A stretch of 64,000 nt of DNA. Source: Callorhinchus milii. Its lineage: Eukaryota. Numbering within the stretch: position 1 is the first letter of the stretch; each line of letters begins with the position of its first letter. The notes beneath the pieces were generated by a model, which was given only the letters and a program-made list of their open reading frames with translations, did not search any database and was not told where the DNA came from. The stretch spans positions 68,698,001 through 68,762,000 of the forward strand of contig NW_024704742.1 of assembly GCF_018977255.1 (NCBI RefSeq), given 5' to 3'. Made by a program: the position numbers and the translations under genes. Of this stretch, positions 1 to 11,830 are shown in pieces.

Positions 1-94
1 AATTTACCACAATTTTGTGCATTCTTAATTTTTCAGATAATGTAGCTTTACCATCTTAGATTAGTTGGAATTTCAGGCCTCTGATCCATAGTGT

Positions 95-330
95 TAGAAG
101 GATGAGCTGTGAGGAACAACTAAGATAAGCCTTGACAACCCTGAACAGACGTGTCTTAGAGGGGAGTTTATAGAGCTGTATAAGATGCTTAACTGGAAAG
201 AGAATGTAAAACCAGATAAATACCTTAAGAAACACTATAAGCAGAAGGATAAGAGGTTATAAATTCAGAGCTCCAAAAGGTCAGCTTTCAGAGAAAACAT
301 TTGGTCAAGAATTTCTCATAAAAAGAGTTA
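95..330 (+). mobile_element. Degenerate CR1 LINE 3' ORF2 fragment
   Basis: Similar to the CR1 C-terminal region (L-E-x-R-R-L-R-G-D/E-x-I-E-x-Y-K-like) seen in better preserved copies at 30500-30720. Confidence 0.6.
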
Positions 331-649
331 TGTTTATTATTATTAAATTATTAAAACATTTCATACACAAAATATATAGTCAATTCACTTTATAGAATAT
401 TCTGTAAAGTGCTTTGAAACATCTTAACAACATGATAAGGTGCTATATTAAATGCAAAGAGTATCTATTATTGATCAGGTCTCTCAAATTAAAAGTGAAT
501 TTACGATTTTTCCAAAATTCGGCCCAATCTTACATTTTAAAAAGATGGTCTGTCTGTACACTCAGGCTGTCAATGGATTTTTGATTATGGGAAACAGTTC
601 TTCACACAGAGAGGTGATCTAACAAGTCAGGAAGTCTGGGGGAGACTGT

Positions 650-1078
650 ATCCCCATCATACCAGCTCTAGACAACCTCCACTGGCTCCCTATCACCGAA
701 CGAATTGATTTTGAGATCCTCACAATCGTCTACAAATCCCTTCATACCCAGGCACCTCCTACTTCTCTGATCTGCTTACTCCCCAACACACTACCTGTTG
801 CCTCCATTTGACTGGCTCCGGTCTTCTGCTTGTCCCTCGTGCCCTCCGTTCCACCATTGGTGGCCCCATATTCAGCCCAAACTCTGGAACACCCTCCCTC
901 TATCTCTCCACCTTGTCCCCTCCTTCCCCATTTTCAGGTGGGGTTTGAAGATCTTCCTCTTCGACCGCGGTTAAGATCACCTCTCCTCTCCCCCCGGCTC
1001 GGCATTGTGCTCCGCTACTGGCAAGTGCTCTGGAATGCTACACTATGTGAGGGATGCTATATAAATGCAAGTTGTTGA
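650..1078 (+). mobile_element. L2 LINE 3' fragment
   Basis: CTCCACTGGCTCCC (LHWLP) motif and terminal ...GCTATATAAATGCAAGTTGTTG. Confidence 0.8.
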
Positions 1079-1502
1079 TTAATAAACTAAGTTGTCTAAT
1101 AAACTGGTGGAACAGGCTCAGTAGTTGAATGGCCTCCTTCTACTTCTATTTTCCTGTATTCCTAAATGGATTGAAAGTTCTTCTTCAGCCAAACCTTTCT
1201 TGCAATCTTGTCCAACAATTCTCCAGATAAAATGCTCATTGATATTGTAGTTGTTTACAGGATTTTCCTATGTGCAAAATGGCTGCCATATTTGAAGCCA
1301 CTTTGCATACAGCAAGGTCTCACGTAGAGCTACAAAGTCAATGCATTTGACAACACGTCCTTGTGAAGTGCTTTGAGACGTTTCAACATTGTAGGCACTC
1401 TATCAAACATAAAGATTCTTATATTATGTGGCCGTACCTTCAGGCAGGAAAGGGAACTGGAGAATAAACCTCTAATGCCTCACCTTTCTTCCTCCTGTCC
1501 AG

Positions 1503-1654
1503 TTATGCCTCGTTTTGCTGAACAAGTGGAAGTTGCGATCGAAGCACTCAGTGCCAACCCGCCACAGGCTTTCGAGGAGAATGAGTTCATTGATGCTTCT
1601 CGTTTAGTTTACGACGGCGTGCGTGACATCAGGAAAGCAGTGCTGATGATAAGG
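1503..1654 (+). CDS. CTNNA2: Alpha-N-catenin (catenin alpha-2) internal coding exon, 152 bp, M domain: (V)MPRFAEQVEVAIEALSANPPQAFEENEFIDASRLVYDGVRDIRKAVLMIR
   Basis: Peptide recognised as alpha-catenin; pyrimidine tract and AG at 1501-1502; donor GTAAGT at 1655; ends in phase 0, matching the next exon. Confidence 0.96.
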
Positions 1655-1703
1655 GTAAGTTTTTCAGCTGTCCAGTTTATTCAGACATTTCAGTGCACAA
1701 ATC

Positions 1704-1935
1704 TTTTTTTTTAAGTCAGCCGATTGTCTGACTCATGCGGCAACCCATCACCATGCTTAAGGGTATCCGAACCAAACTGAGAATTCCATGCACCTACACA
1801 TGGAAATTGCAGAGATAGGATTGTTGGAATGGACTGCGCACTCTCTCCCTGGAGGGGCACATCCTGCTTACCTAATTCTGGAATGTATTAGGCTCAGGTT
1901 GGCAAGAGCCAAGGCTTGGGGACCCCAGAGTGTGC
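1704..1935 (-). repeat. Unclassified ~250-bp interspersed repeat (other copies 5970-6177, 16776-16994, 56555-56742 same strand; 61437-61695 and fragment 63122-63164 opposite strand)
   Basis: Shared core CAAACTGAGAATTCCATGCA...CCCTGGAGGGGCACATCCTGCTTACCTAATTCTGG...ATTAGGC; T-run at the left end read as an A-tail on the minus strand. Confidence 0.85.
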
Positions 1936-3094
1936 CCCAAATGGCTCAAAAGTATCTCTTTCAAAGTCAGCGTTTATTAAAAACTAGAGTTCTGGGGTCT
2001 AATGTGCAATGACTTTGAAAAAGATTCCTTTTATAAGGAAACCAAGGTTGGATTCCTGGCTTCTTGATGTCCAATGTGGCAGCTTAGGAGAAGTTTTTCC
2101 CATAATTTTCCCCAGTTGGCCTCATGTACTTGTGGTTTTCTTTTTACGGAAACTGGGTGAGGAGGCATCAGTTTTGCACTGTTTCCTAACAATGTACGTA
2201 TTGCGTGTATCAGCCTGGATCAATTGGTAGCACTCTTGCCTCTGAGTCAGAAGAATGTGGGTTTATGCCTCAGAACTTGGAACTCATATAGTCTAATGCT
2301 GATACTCTAATGCAGTGCTAGGGATGTCATGCATTGTCAGAGGTGCCACGCTTTTCAATGTCAGAGGCATTAAACTGATCTTTAACATCTGCCTAATCGG
2401 GCGTGTGGAGTAAGGAAATTTGTCTAAGGTTTGCCCCACCCGGAAAACAAACCTGGGTCCTCTCGCTTGCGAGGCGAGCATGCTAATCACTACGCTACGG
2501 GACTCCATTATAAAGGTTGCAGTGTTGTCATTTGTAAAGTAATATACCATGAAGATAAGTGAGATTTGCATTTATGATCTGATTTCAGTGCTCAAAACCA
2601 GGTTCATCGCGAGTTCATCACATACCTGATTAGCTCTTATTCATACTGAATGAATATTCAGATAGCACATTTGAGCAGATTTATGGAGCAGAACCCCTCT
2701 TCCGCACAATGTATCTCCTGATTTCTGTTATTGCTGCTGTTTAACAAATGACAAGTTCAAAGCTACATGCATGGAGACCATTTTTACATTTCTGAGCAAT
2801 CCTCTGGTCCAATTAAGAATCTGCAGGGAATTGTGTGACAGAGAATCCTAATTAAGAGAGCACTGTCTATGTAAGAAAGTCATTTGCAAACTTGTTTTTT
2901 GTTGAAGAAGAGAGAAAATTATAATTCTGTCACCAGTGTTCTACGAAGAATGCATAAAAAGAAACATTTCTGCTGTGAAAGAACTTATTGGATTGTGTGC
3001 TGCTTACCTTGTCACAAGATTACAATAGATGTTCATTGGCAAAAGCACCTTAAGATCATAATTGTTTTTAGTCATTTGGATGTCTGACACATGG

Positions 3095-3375
3095 GAGCAT
3101 AGGAACAGGAGTAGACCATTCAGCCCCTAGAGCCTGTTCCACCATTCTATAAAATCATGGCTAATCTGTCCCTCAACTCCAATTACCCACCTTTGCTTTA
3201 TATCCCTTGATACCTTTACCTAACAAAAATCTATCGACCTCAATCATATAAATGTGAATGGATACATCATCCATAGCCTTTTGGGGAGAGTGTTCCAGAT
3301 TTCCACTATCCTTTATGTGGAAAAATGTTTCCTGATTTCACTTCTAAATGGCCAAGCTCTAATTTTAAGATAATG
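3095..3375 (-). mobile_element. CR1 LINE 3' end
   Basis: GGAACAGGAGTAGACCATTCAGCCCCTAGAGCCTGTTCC 3'UTR motif, repeated at 61965-62140 and on + strand at 43490-43560/44277-44320. Confidence 0.7.
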
Positions 3376-5232
3376 GTAGAGTGAGTGTTCTGAAAGGATG
3401 AGATCAAATGGGTTAAAATGCATTGCAAATGCATTATCAAAATGCAAATGCAAGGATTATTGCAAGATATCAAGATATTTCATCTGAACCTCTCGAGGCA
3501 TCTTGAGATCACATATTACTTAGTGAGCAGTTTTTTCATACAAAGCTCTGATAAAATCTCACAATACTTTGAAAGCTAGAATCCCAACACCCCCACCCAT
3601 TAGGGCTTTGAGTTGTGAACATGTCAAGACCTCCAGGTCTCACTGATGTGCCAGACAATCACTTATCCACTCTTATCTCCCTGCTAAAGAGGACTTTTGA
3701 GAAGTACTGTACTCATTTCATTGCCCAGGAAAGGGTGAAGAGTTTGATACCTGTAGTCTGAAAGAGTTTGAAATGCTGTACTCTGTCCAGGGCCTTGGGA
3801 TGTCCTCCCGACGTGAAAGTCGCTATACAAATGTAATCTTGTTGTTGTTGATTGAACCGTTCAAACCAAGAACCTTTGGGCCCCCAAGTATAGGGCTCAA
3901 CCTATTGAGCAGACCAAGATATCAATTTCAAGCATGTTCACTTGAAATTAAATTAAATTTGCTTTCTTCAATTGAGCAGATATGTACAGTGGCAGAGGGC
4001 TCCATGGCAGTTTGAATGCACCAGGCAAAGTGAAAAGACATTATACCATTTCACCTTGCCCACAATATATACAGTCAATTCACTTTACAGTATATCCTGT
4101 GAAGTGTTTTGAGACATCTCGAAGACATGATAAGGCGGTATATCAAATGCAAGGATTATTTTTTTTACTCTGTAAAGGCGACAGACAAGTAACCCCAATG
4201 TTGTAATAATAATAATAATAATCCTTGCATTTGATGTAGCGCTTTATCATGTTGTTGAGACATCTCAAAGCGCTTCACATTGTAAAAGTATTTGACTGTA
4301 TATTTTGTTGGCAAAACAAAATAAAAGCTGTAGTCATACTGATGGATTTGAACATCTGGCAACCTCACTGTTTATAACGTCACTTGAACCCATTGATAAG
4401 ATGAGTGCCTTTTCGATTCACTCCCGTATAGCAATTGCTCCAACACTGCTCTCAGAATAATCTGCCCGTTAATGAAACTAAAACCGATGTTTCCCGTAAT
4501 TTTGTGATAATGACACCATTTAATGATCAGCTCCTCAGCTCCTGCAGAAATACGGTGTAACCTTGGATCCGAATAAATGAAAAGGGTCATCGTCACGCTT
4601 GAAAACTGTTTTGCTGCAAATCTTTTCATTTGTTTGACAGCCACACACCACAACAGCTCAGAACCGTACAGTACTTTTCACATTGAAGAAATGCCTCAAA
4701 GCGCTTCACAGAATGAGGTTGACATAAAATTAAACAGGTCAAAATTGTGGTATTTCTAAAGGCAATTCCTTCCTTAATTATCACCAGGAGAGGGGAGAAG
4801 TGATGCTTAATCTGCTGGACACTGCGTATGGTAATGACCATTCCCTCTATGGTATTTGTAGCACACAGGAGGGTCATTTGGCTCATAAAATCCCAACCTG
4901 TGCTATATTGGGGCTGATCACTGGAGAGTACATTTGTGTCGTGACGTCACCTATCACAGGACATGTAACATCACTGGACACCTACACAGGAAGTGACGTC
5001 GGCAGTGATCTTATGACCTTATTTGTTAGACAAGGGAAGCCAGCCAGTCTGCACATCAAACCAGCAGTGTGTCAAACCACAGGACACAGGACTTATAAGC
5101 AAAACAGCCTTATGAGGGGCCACTTTATAATAATAATAATAATAATCCTTGCATTTGATATAGCGCTTTTCACGTCTTCTAGACATCCCAAAGCGCTTCA
5201 CAGAATATGCTGTAAAGTGAATTGACTGTATA

Positions 5233-5686
5233 TTCAAGATCCTCATCCTCACCTACCTCTCTGACCTACTATCCCCCTACCTACCTGCCCTACCCTCCGT
5301 TCCTCTGGCTCCGGTCTGCTCCACATCCCCCGCCCCAACCGCCCTACCATTGGTGGTCGGGCCTTCAGCCTCTCAGCCCCGAGGCTCTGGAACTCTATCC
5401 CCCAGTGCCTTCGCCGCCTCCTCCCTTTCCTCCTTCAAGGCCGGTCTCAAGACCTTTCTCTTTGACCGTGCCTTCAGCTCCCCTCTCAACTCTCTACCCC
5501 CTCCTCCCTCCCTCCCTTCCCTCCCCTCACCCTGACCATTTCCCCCCTCCTCGCTCCCTCCCTCCCCTCCCCTCACCCTGACCATTTCCCCCCTGCTCGG
5601 GTCCTGACCCAACTGTACAGCGCCTTGGGACGTCCTCCCGACGTGAAAGGCGTTCAATAAATGGAATCTTGTTGTTGTTGTTGTTG
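5233..5686 (+). mobile_element. Young L2 LINE 3' end nested in a minus-strand SINE (5127-5232 and 5687-5748)
   Basis: Near identity with 8564-9000 and 49690-50180 (reverse complement); (TTG)n tail; SINE sequence GACTGTATATT|TGTGGGCGAAC resumes after the tail. Confidence 0.9.
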
Positions 5687-6580
5687 TATTTGTGGGCGAA
5701 CGCGGCAGCCAATTGCACGCAGCAGTGTCCCACAAACAGTCGTAGAACGGAATTTTACTGCAACATCTTTCATATTAATCCATGTGAACCTACTCTGTAC
5801 TCTTTCTATTAGCTTTGACGTCCTCTCAATAACAGTGTGCCGAGAACTGCATGCGGACCAACAGTGGATTAACCAAAGTCTTGTTTTAGGGTCTCATAAT
5901 TAAGCTTTGCTTGTGAAATTTGCCGTGAATATTAATTAAATTGAAGACATTATTCCACTTAGTATGGGCTTTTGTTTTGGACAGCCAGATGTCTGACACA
6001 TGCAGAAACCCATCCCCATGTTTAACAGTATCCAAATCAAACTGAGAATTCCATGCATCCCACCTACACATGGAAATCCCGGAGATAGATTGTTGGATGG
6101 AATGCGCTCTCTCCCTGGAGGGACACATCCTGCTTACCTAATTCTGGGAAGTATTAGGCGCAGGTTGGCAAGAGCTGACGGATATCTGCCTTCAGTGATG
6201 ATGGGAGGACCTTTACAGTACAGCTTGTGAGCCACTTTGATGTTCTTGAGGTCCAAGTCCAATGCTGCGTACCAGGCTTTCTCAGCACCAGTTGCTTAAT
6301 CCAGGTCCTCATGCGAGAGACCTTGGCAAACAGATGTGCCCGCTGTGAAGAACTGGCATCTATACTAGAAGATCATAGAACATATTATATTCTTTCAAGG
6401 TACAGTTTTCGTCTCCCACTCTGTTCAAATCCAACACTCCAAAGCTCAAGGGAGATGCATCTTAGAAACAAACATAAGATTCATTTAATTCAAATTGTCA
6501 GGATTTAGACATTTTGTTACATTCCTTTAGAGTGCAGAAACATTCTGTTTTTATGTAAATGGAGTGTAATTGGATTTAGT

Positions 6581-6895
6581 GGAGTCCTGTAGTTCAGTGG
6601 TTAGAGCGCTCGCCTCGAAAGCGAGAGACCTGGGTTCGATTACCGGCAGGGCGAAACCTTGGGCAAGTTTCCTTAGTCCACACGCCTGATAATAATCCCT
6701 CAAGAAAATAAATAAATAAAATAATAATTTGGTCACGCAATCCACGACTGTTTGTGGGACACTGCTGTGCGCAATTGGCTGCCGCATTTTGCCCACAAAT
6801 ATACAGTCAATTCACTTCACAGTATATTCTGTGAAGCGCTTTGAGACGTCTACAAGTCGGGAAAAGCGCTATATCAAATACAAGGATTATTATTA
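6581..6895 (+). mobile_element. tRNA-derived SINE, short (internally deleted) form
   Basis: A box TAGTTCAGTGG, B box GGTTCGATTACC, GGGCAAGTTTCC block, L2-like tail and (TTA)n. Confidence 0.9.
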
Positions 6896-8563
6896 TTTAT
6901 TTCTCTTGAACATCTATATGAAAAGAAGAGAACAATAATTATAAAGAAAATTGAGCTCAATTCTTGATTAAAAAGAAGGAAGGTTCGAACTGTGTCTCGG
7001 GAAAACTTAGGAGCATGTTTAATTTTGATCCAAACGCTCCCAGCATCATTACCGAGTTCAATAACTGAAGCAAAGCTTCCCTGTTTTTCTCCATAATAAT
7101 CCTTATATTTGATATAATGCCTTGTCATGTTGTTGAAATGTCTCAAATGTCTCAAAGCGCTTCACAGAATATACTGTAAAGTGAATTAAAATATAATTGA
7201 AATACAGAATATACTGTAAAGTGAAGTGAAACGTGGCAGCCAATTGTGCATAGCAGTGTCCCACAAACAGTTGTGAGTTGAGTGACCAATTTTTTTCGAG
7301 ATTATTAACCCCGCAAAGCGATATCCCAAATTACGAACGGTCGGGTTCCTATTTACAGCTTGCCTTCAAAGCCCGCCACTGCCTTGCTCCTTCCTACCTC
7401 TGTGACCTACTAATGCCATATCAATCTGTCCACTTCCTCCGCTCAGCAGGCCTGCTCCACATTCCCTGCCCGGCTTGCCCCACCATCGTTGGTTGCCCCT
7501 TCAACCTCTCTGCCCTCATCCTTTGGAACTCCATCCCAAAGTCTCTTTGCCGCGCTGTTGGCCACCCACCTACCCCTACCCTCCCTGCCCTCCACCACTC
7601 CTGATCCCAACACCCTGCTCAGGTCCAAATCCCTAACTGAACAGCGCCTTGGGACGTCCACCTGACGTGAAAGTTGTTACACAAATGTAATTTTTTGTTG
7701 TTGTTGTTGTAGGTAAACAGCTGTGAGGCGTAAGGAAGCTTGCCTAACATTTTTCCCTGCCCAATAATCGAACCTGGATCCTCCAGGACGACATAATGTT
7801 ATGAATGCAAGTTGTTGCTACACATTAACAGATCTAAACAAAATTAAACATCACAATTTTAGCGACACATTGTTTGAGGTACAGGAGTTGGAGAGAATAT
7901 CCTCATCTTCAGCTGATAAAGTAGCAATTTTCGTAGGAAGAGCAACTGCTTGGGAACTTGGATTAAATCTGAAGCATTTTACAACTCAACAATGGTAAAA
8001 ATATCCCTAAAGTGTAAGCCATGAGCCAAAGCAGATCATAAAGGCAAGGGAGGGGAAGGGTAGGTTAGATTAGACATGAACACAACATAATCATTAAGAA
8101 AGCATATTATCTAAATCCTGTTTAGCTAAGATAAAAGAAGATGTTGATCACATCAGCTCAGCAAGTAATCCGAGGTTCGACCACATATTCACTGGGTACC
8201 GTATTACTATTTTACATCAGTGTTGCATACATTTTTGCAGTTTTTTTTCACTGAAATATAAATGACTCAACATGAGAAACCGTTGAACTTAGACCATGGA
8301 ATCCATCCAGTTCAACAAAAGGTAACTTCCCCCCGATTACAATTTTTAAATAAATAATCCTTGCATTTGGTACAGGGCCTTTCACATCAGGAGGGCATCT
8401 CAAAGCGCTTCATAAGATTTACTGTAAAATGTAGTGACTATGTATTTGTAGACAAAGCATCAACCCATGTTACACACATCAATGGCCGGTGTGAAACCTT
8501 AGGCAAGGTTCCTTACTCCAGACGCCTATGTTCACCTCGCACTAAGTAGGAACCTGACTGCTG

Positions 8564-10723
8564 CAACAACAACAACAACAAGATTCCATTTATAGAGCGC
8601 CTTTCACGTCGGGAGGACATCCCAAGGCGCTGTACAGTTGGGTCAGGACCCGAGCAGGGGGGAAATGGTCAGGGTGAGGGGAGGGAAGGGAGGGAGGGAG
8701 GAGGGGGTAGAGAGTCGAGAGGGGAGCTGAAGGCACGGTCAAAGAGAAAGGTCTTGAGACCGGCCTTGAAGGAGGAAAGGGAGGAGGCGGCGAAGGCACT
8801 GGGGGATAGAGTTCCAGAGCCTCGGGGCTGAGAGGCTGAAGGCCCGGCCACCGATGGTAGGGCGGTTGGGGCGGGGGATGTGGAGCAGACCGGAGCCAGA
8901 GGAACGGAGGGTACGGGCAGGTAGGTAGGGGGATAGTAGGTCAGAGAGGTAGGAGGGAGCAAGGCCGTGAATGGCCTTGTAGGTGAGGATGAGGATCTTG
9001 AATTCGATCCTCTGGGGGATGGGGAGCCAGTGGAGGCGAGCGAGGGTGGGAGTGATGTGGTCCCGAAGCCTGGTGCGGGACAGTACACGAGCTGCAGAGA
9101 GGTGATAAAGGCGTGGACCAGAGTTTCAGCAGCGTGAGGGGTGAGGTAGTGCCGTAGTCTGGCGACATTCCGGAGGTGATGGAAGGCGGTGCCAGTTGTG
9201 GCGCGGATATGAGGGAGAAAGGACAGCTCAGGGTCGAACAGAACCCGAGGTTCCTGACTGGCTTTGAGAGGTGGAGAGTGCAGCCTTGGATGCTGATGCT
9301 GTCAGCGCCTGAGGTGCGGAGGCGCTGACGTGAGCCAATCAGGAGGGCCTCAGTTTTGCGCACGTTGAGCTGAAGAAAGTTGTCTCTCGTCCAGGACTCG
9401 ATGTCGGACAGGCAGCTGTCAGGACATCGGTGGTCGTGGAGTTGAGGGTAGAGGAGGAAAGGTAGAGTTGGGTGTCATCCGCATACATGTGGAAGTTAAC
9501 CCCATGTCTGCGGATGATGTCACCAAGGGGGAGCATATAGAGGGTGAAGAGGAGGGGACCGAGGACAGAGCCCTGAGGGTCACCACACGAGACAGTGCGG
9601 GGGCCGGAGGAAAAACCATTTGTGGAAACAAAATGAAGACGGTGGGAGAAGTACGACCTAAACCACTCAAGGACAGGGCCTTGAAGGTTGAGGTGGGAGG
9701 ACAAGCGGTGGAGGAGGATAGCGTGGTCGACCGTATCGAATGCTGCCGATAGGTCGAGGAGGACGAGGAGGCAGAGGGAGCCCTGGTCGCAGATGGTCAG
9801 GATGTCATTGGTGACCTTGACCAGGGCAGTTTCTGTGCTGTGGGCAGCACGGAAACCCGACTGAAGGGGTTCGAATAATGAATGGGTGGAGAGGAAAGAG
9901 CGCAGCTGGGAGGCGACAACTCTTTCGAGGACCTTGGACAGGAAGGGGAGGTTGGAGATGGGCCGGTAGCTTGATAGCTTGATAGCCGGTAGCTTGATAA
10001 CGCATCAAGGGAGGTTTTTTCAAAGTGGGAGTGATGGTGGCAGTGTTTAGGGGAATGGGAACAGAGCCAGAGGAGAGGGACAGGTTGACGATGTCTGTGA
10101 TATGTGGGGCAAGGAGGTGGAGCTGAGAGATAAGGAGTGGAGTGGGGATGGGATCAAGGGAGCAGGTGGTGGGTTTCAGGGATAGGATGAGTTTGGTGAC
10201 AGAGGGTGGGGAAACGGGTATGAAGGTGTGTAGGGGAGGATGGGTAGGAGTCGGAGTGTGGGAGGGAGGGGGTGGGGGGTGGGTGGAGGTTGGAGGGGAA
10301 GTGACTAAGGAGCGGATTCCCTTGATTTTGGATTCAAGGAAATCCAGCATCTCCTCACAGTGAAGGTTGGCGGCGTGGTGGGGGGGGATGGAGGAGTCGG
10401 GATATGGTAGAAAACAGAAGCCTGGGGTTGTTCTTCGCCTCCAGGATTATCCTGGAGTAGAAGGACAACTTGGCCGAGGCTAGAGTGGAGCGGTAGATTT
10501 TGAGAAGGTCCAGCCAGATTTGTTGGTGGACCGTTAGGCCAGATTTGAGGCAGGTGCGTTCAGCGGCCCGCACCTGGCTCTTCAGTGAGCGGAGGTGGGT
10601 GGTGAACCAGGGGGAGGAGCGAGAGTAAGAGACAGTACGGGAGGTGATGGGGGCAAGAGTGTCGAGTGTGGAGGAGAGGGTGTTGTGGAGGAGGGTGAGA
10701 GGGGAAGAGGGGTCAGTGAGGGC
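8564..10723 (-). mobile_element. 5'-truncated L2 LINE (~2.15 kb, decayed reverse transcriptase) nested in a + strand SINE
   Basis: RT motifs [15 protein letters not shown] and [10 protein letters not shown] in ORF 9339-9704; KPTTCSLDPIPT; (CAA)n at 8564; host SINE resumes at 10724. Confidence 0.93.
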
Positions 10724-11569
10724 TAGTCGATTGGCGGATCACTTTCTGAGGATAATAATCCCTTCAAAAACAGAAAAATTAAAAAATAATAATAATGTGT
10801 TCACTCAATCCATGACTGTTTGTGGGAACAATGCTGTGCACTATTGGCTGCCGCATTTCACCCACAAAATATACAGTGAATTCATTTTACAGTATATTTT
10901 GTGAAGCACTTTGAGACATCTCGAAGAGGTGATAAGGCGCTTATCAAATGCAAAGATTTTTATTATTATTATTCTAAATTGAGACTTAGGAATTTTGCAC
11001 AATTCTGCACGATCTTGAATTTAAATTCTAAATTATTCAAATGCTGACGTCTTTGAAAATAGGATTTGTTTAAAGACTTAGCTGACAAGTGGGTTTCTCT
11101 TCATGCTTTCAGAAGCACTCTCTCCAAGTCCCAGTTTGTGATCTTGTTCTGCTATTCCTCCTACTTGTCTCTACAACTATAAAAACTTGCATTTATTCAC
11201 TCTCTTCATGCAGGATAGTATTTCAGTGCGCTACACAGTTTGGGGGTTGGACACTGAGCAAGGGGGAGGGAAAGTTGACAATATGCACAGTCAAAGAGAT
11301 AAGTCTTCAAGTGGGATTTAAAGATAGATAAAGAGGGAGTGAAGTGGAGGGACTGAGGCAGGAAACTGGGGGAGGCAAAGTAGTTTTGTGTGTCGTCCTC
11401 GTACATGTGGAAGTTTTACCCCGTGTCTGCTGTTTACATCGTCAAGAGTGAGCATATAGATGAGGACCTAAAGGAACACAGTATATTCTGTGAAGGTATT
11501 TGACATGTCCACTTGGCATGAAAAGTGCTATATAAAATCCAAATATTATTATTATTATTTAGGCTTCAA

Positions 11570-11830
11570 GTCACGATAGGATAAATCTCATAGTCAGATA
11601 GGCTTTTGAACACTCGCCGAACTCAGTGCATGTTAAAGGCCCATTCGGTTAAAGGTACCAAAAGTTGAACCTGTTGATCCGTGTCCACATTGTAGAGTCC
11701 CATAGGGTAGTGGTTAGAGCACTCGTCTCACAAGCAAGAGGACCCAGGTTCAATTTCATGATGGGGTAAAACATTAGGCAAGTTTCCTTACTCCACACAC
11801 CTCTGTTTATTTAGCAGTAAGTAGGAACCC
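11570..11830 (+). repeat. 261-bp segment identical to 36062-36322
   Basis: Base-by-base comparison showed no mismatch and a constant offset of 24492 bp. Confidence 0.95.

Noticed and set aside
10140..10400. G-rich, G-quadruplex-like tracts (also 58740-58920, and a C-run at 38650-38673)
   Set aside because: Mostly the antisense strand of C-rich L2 sequence or low complexity; nothing locus-specific.
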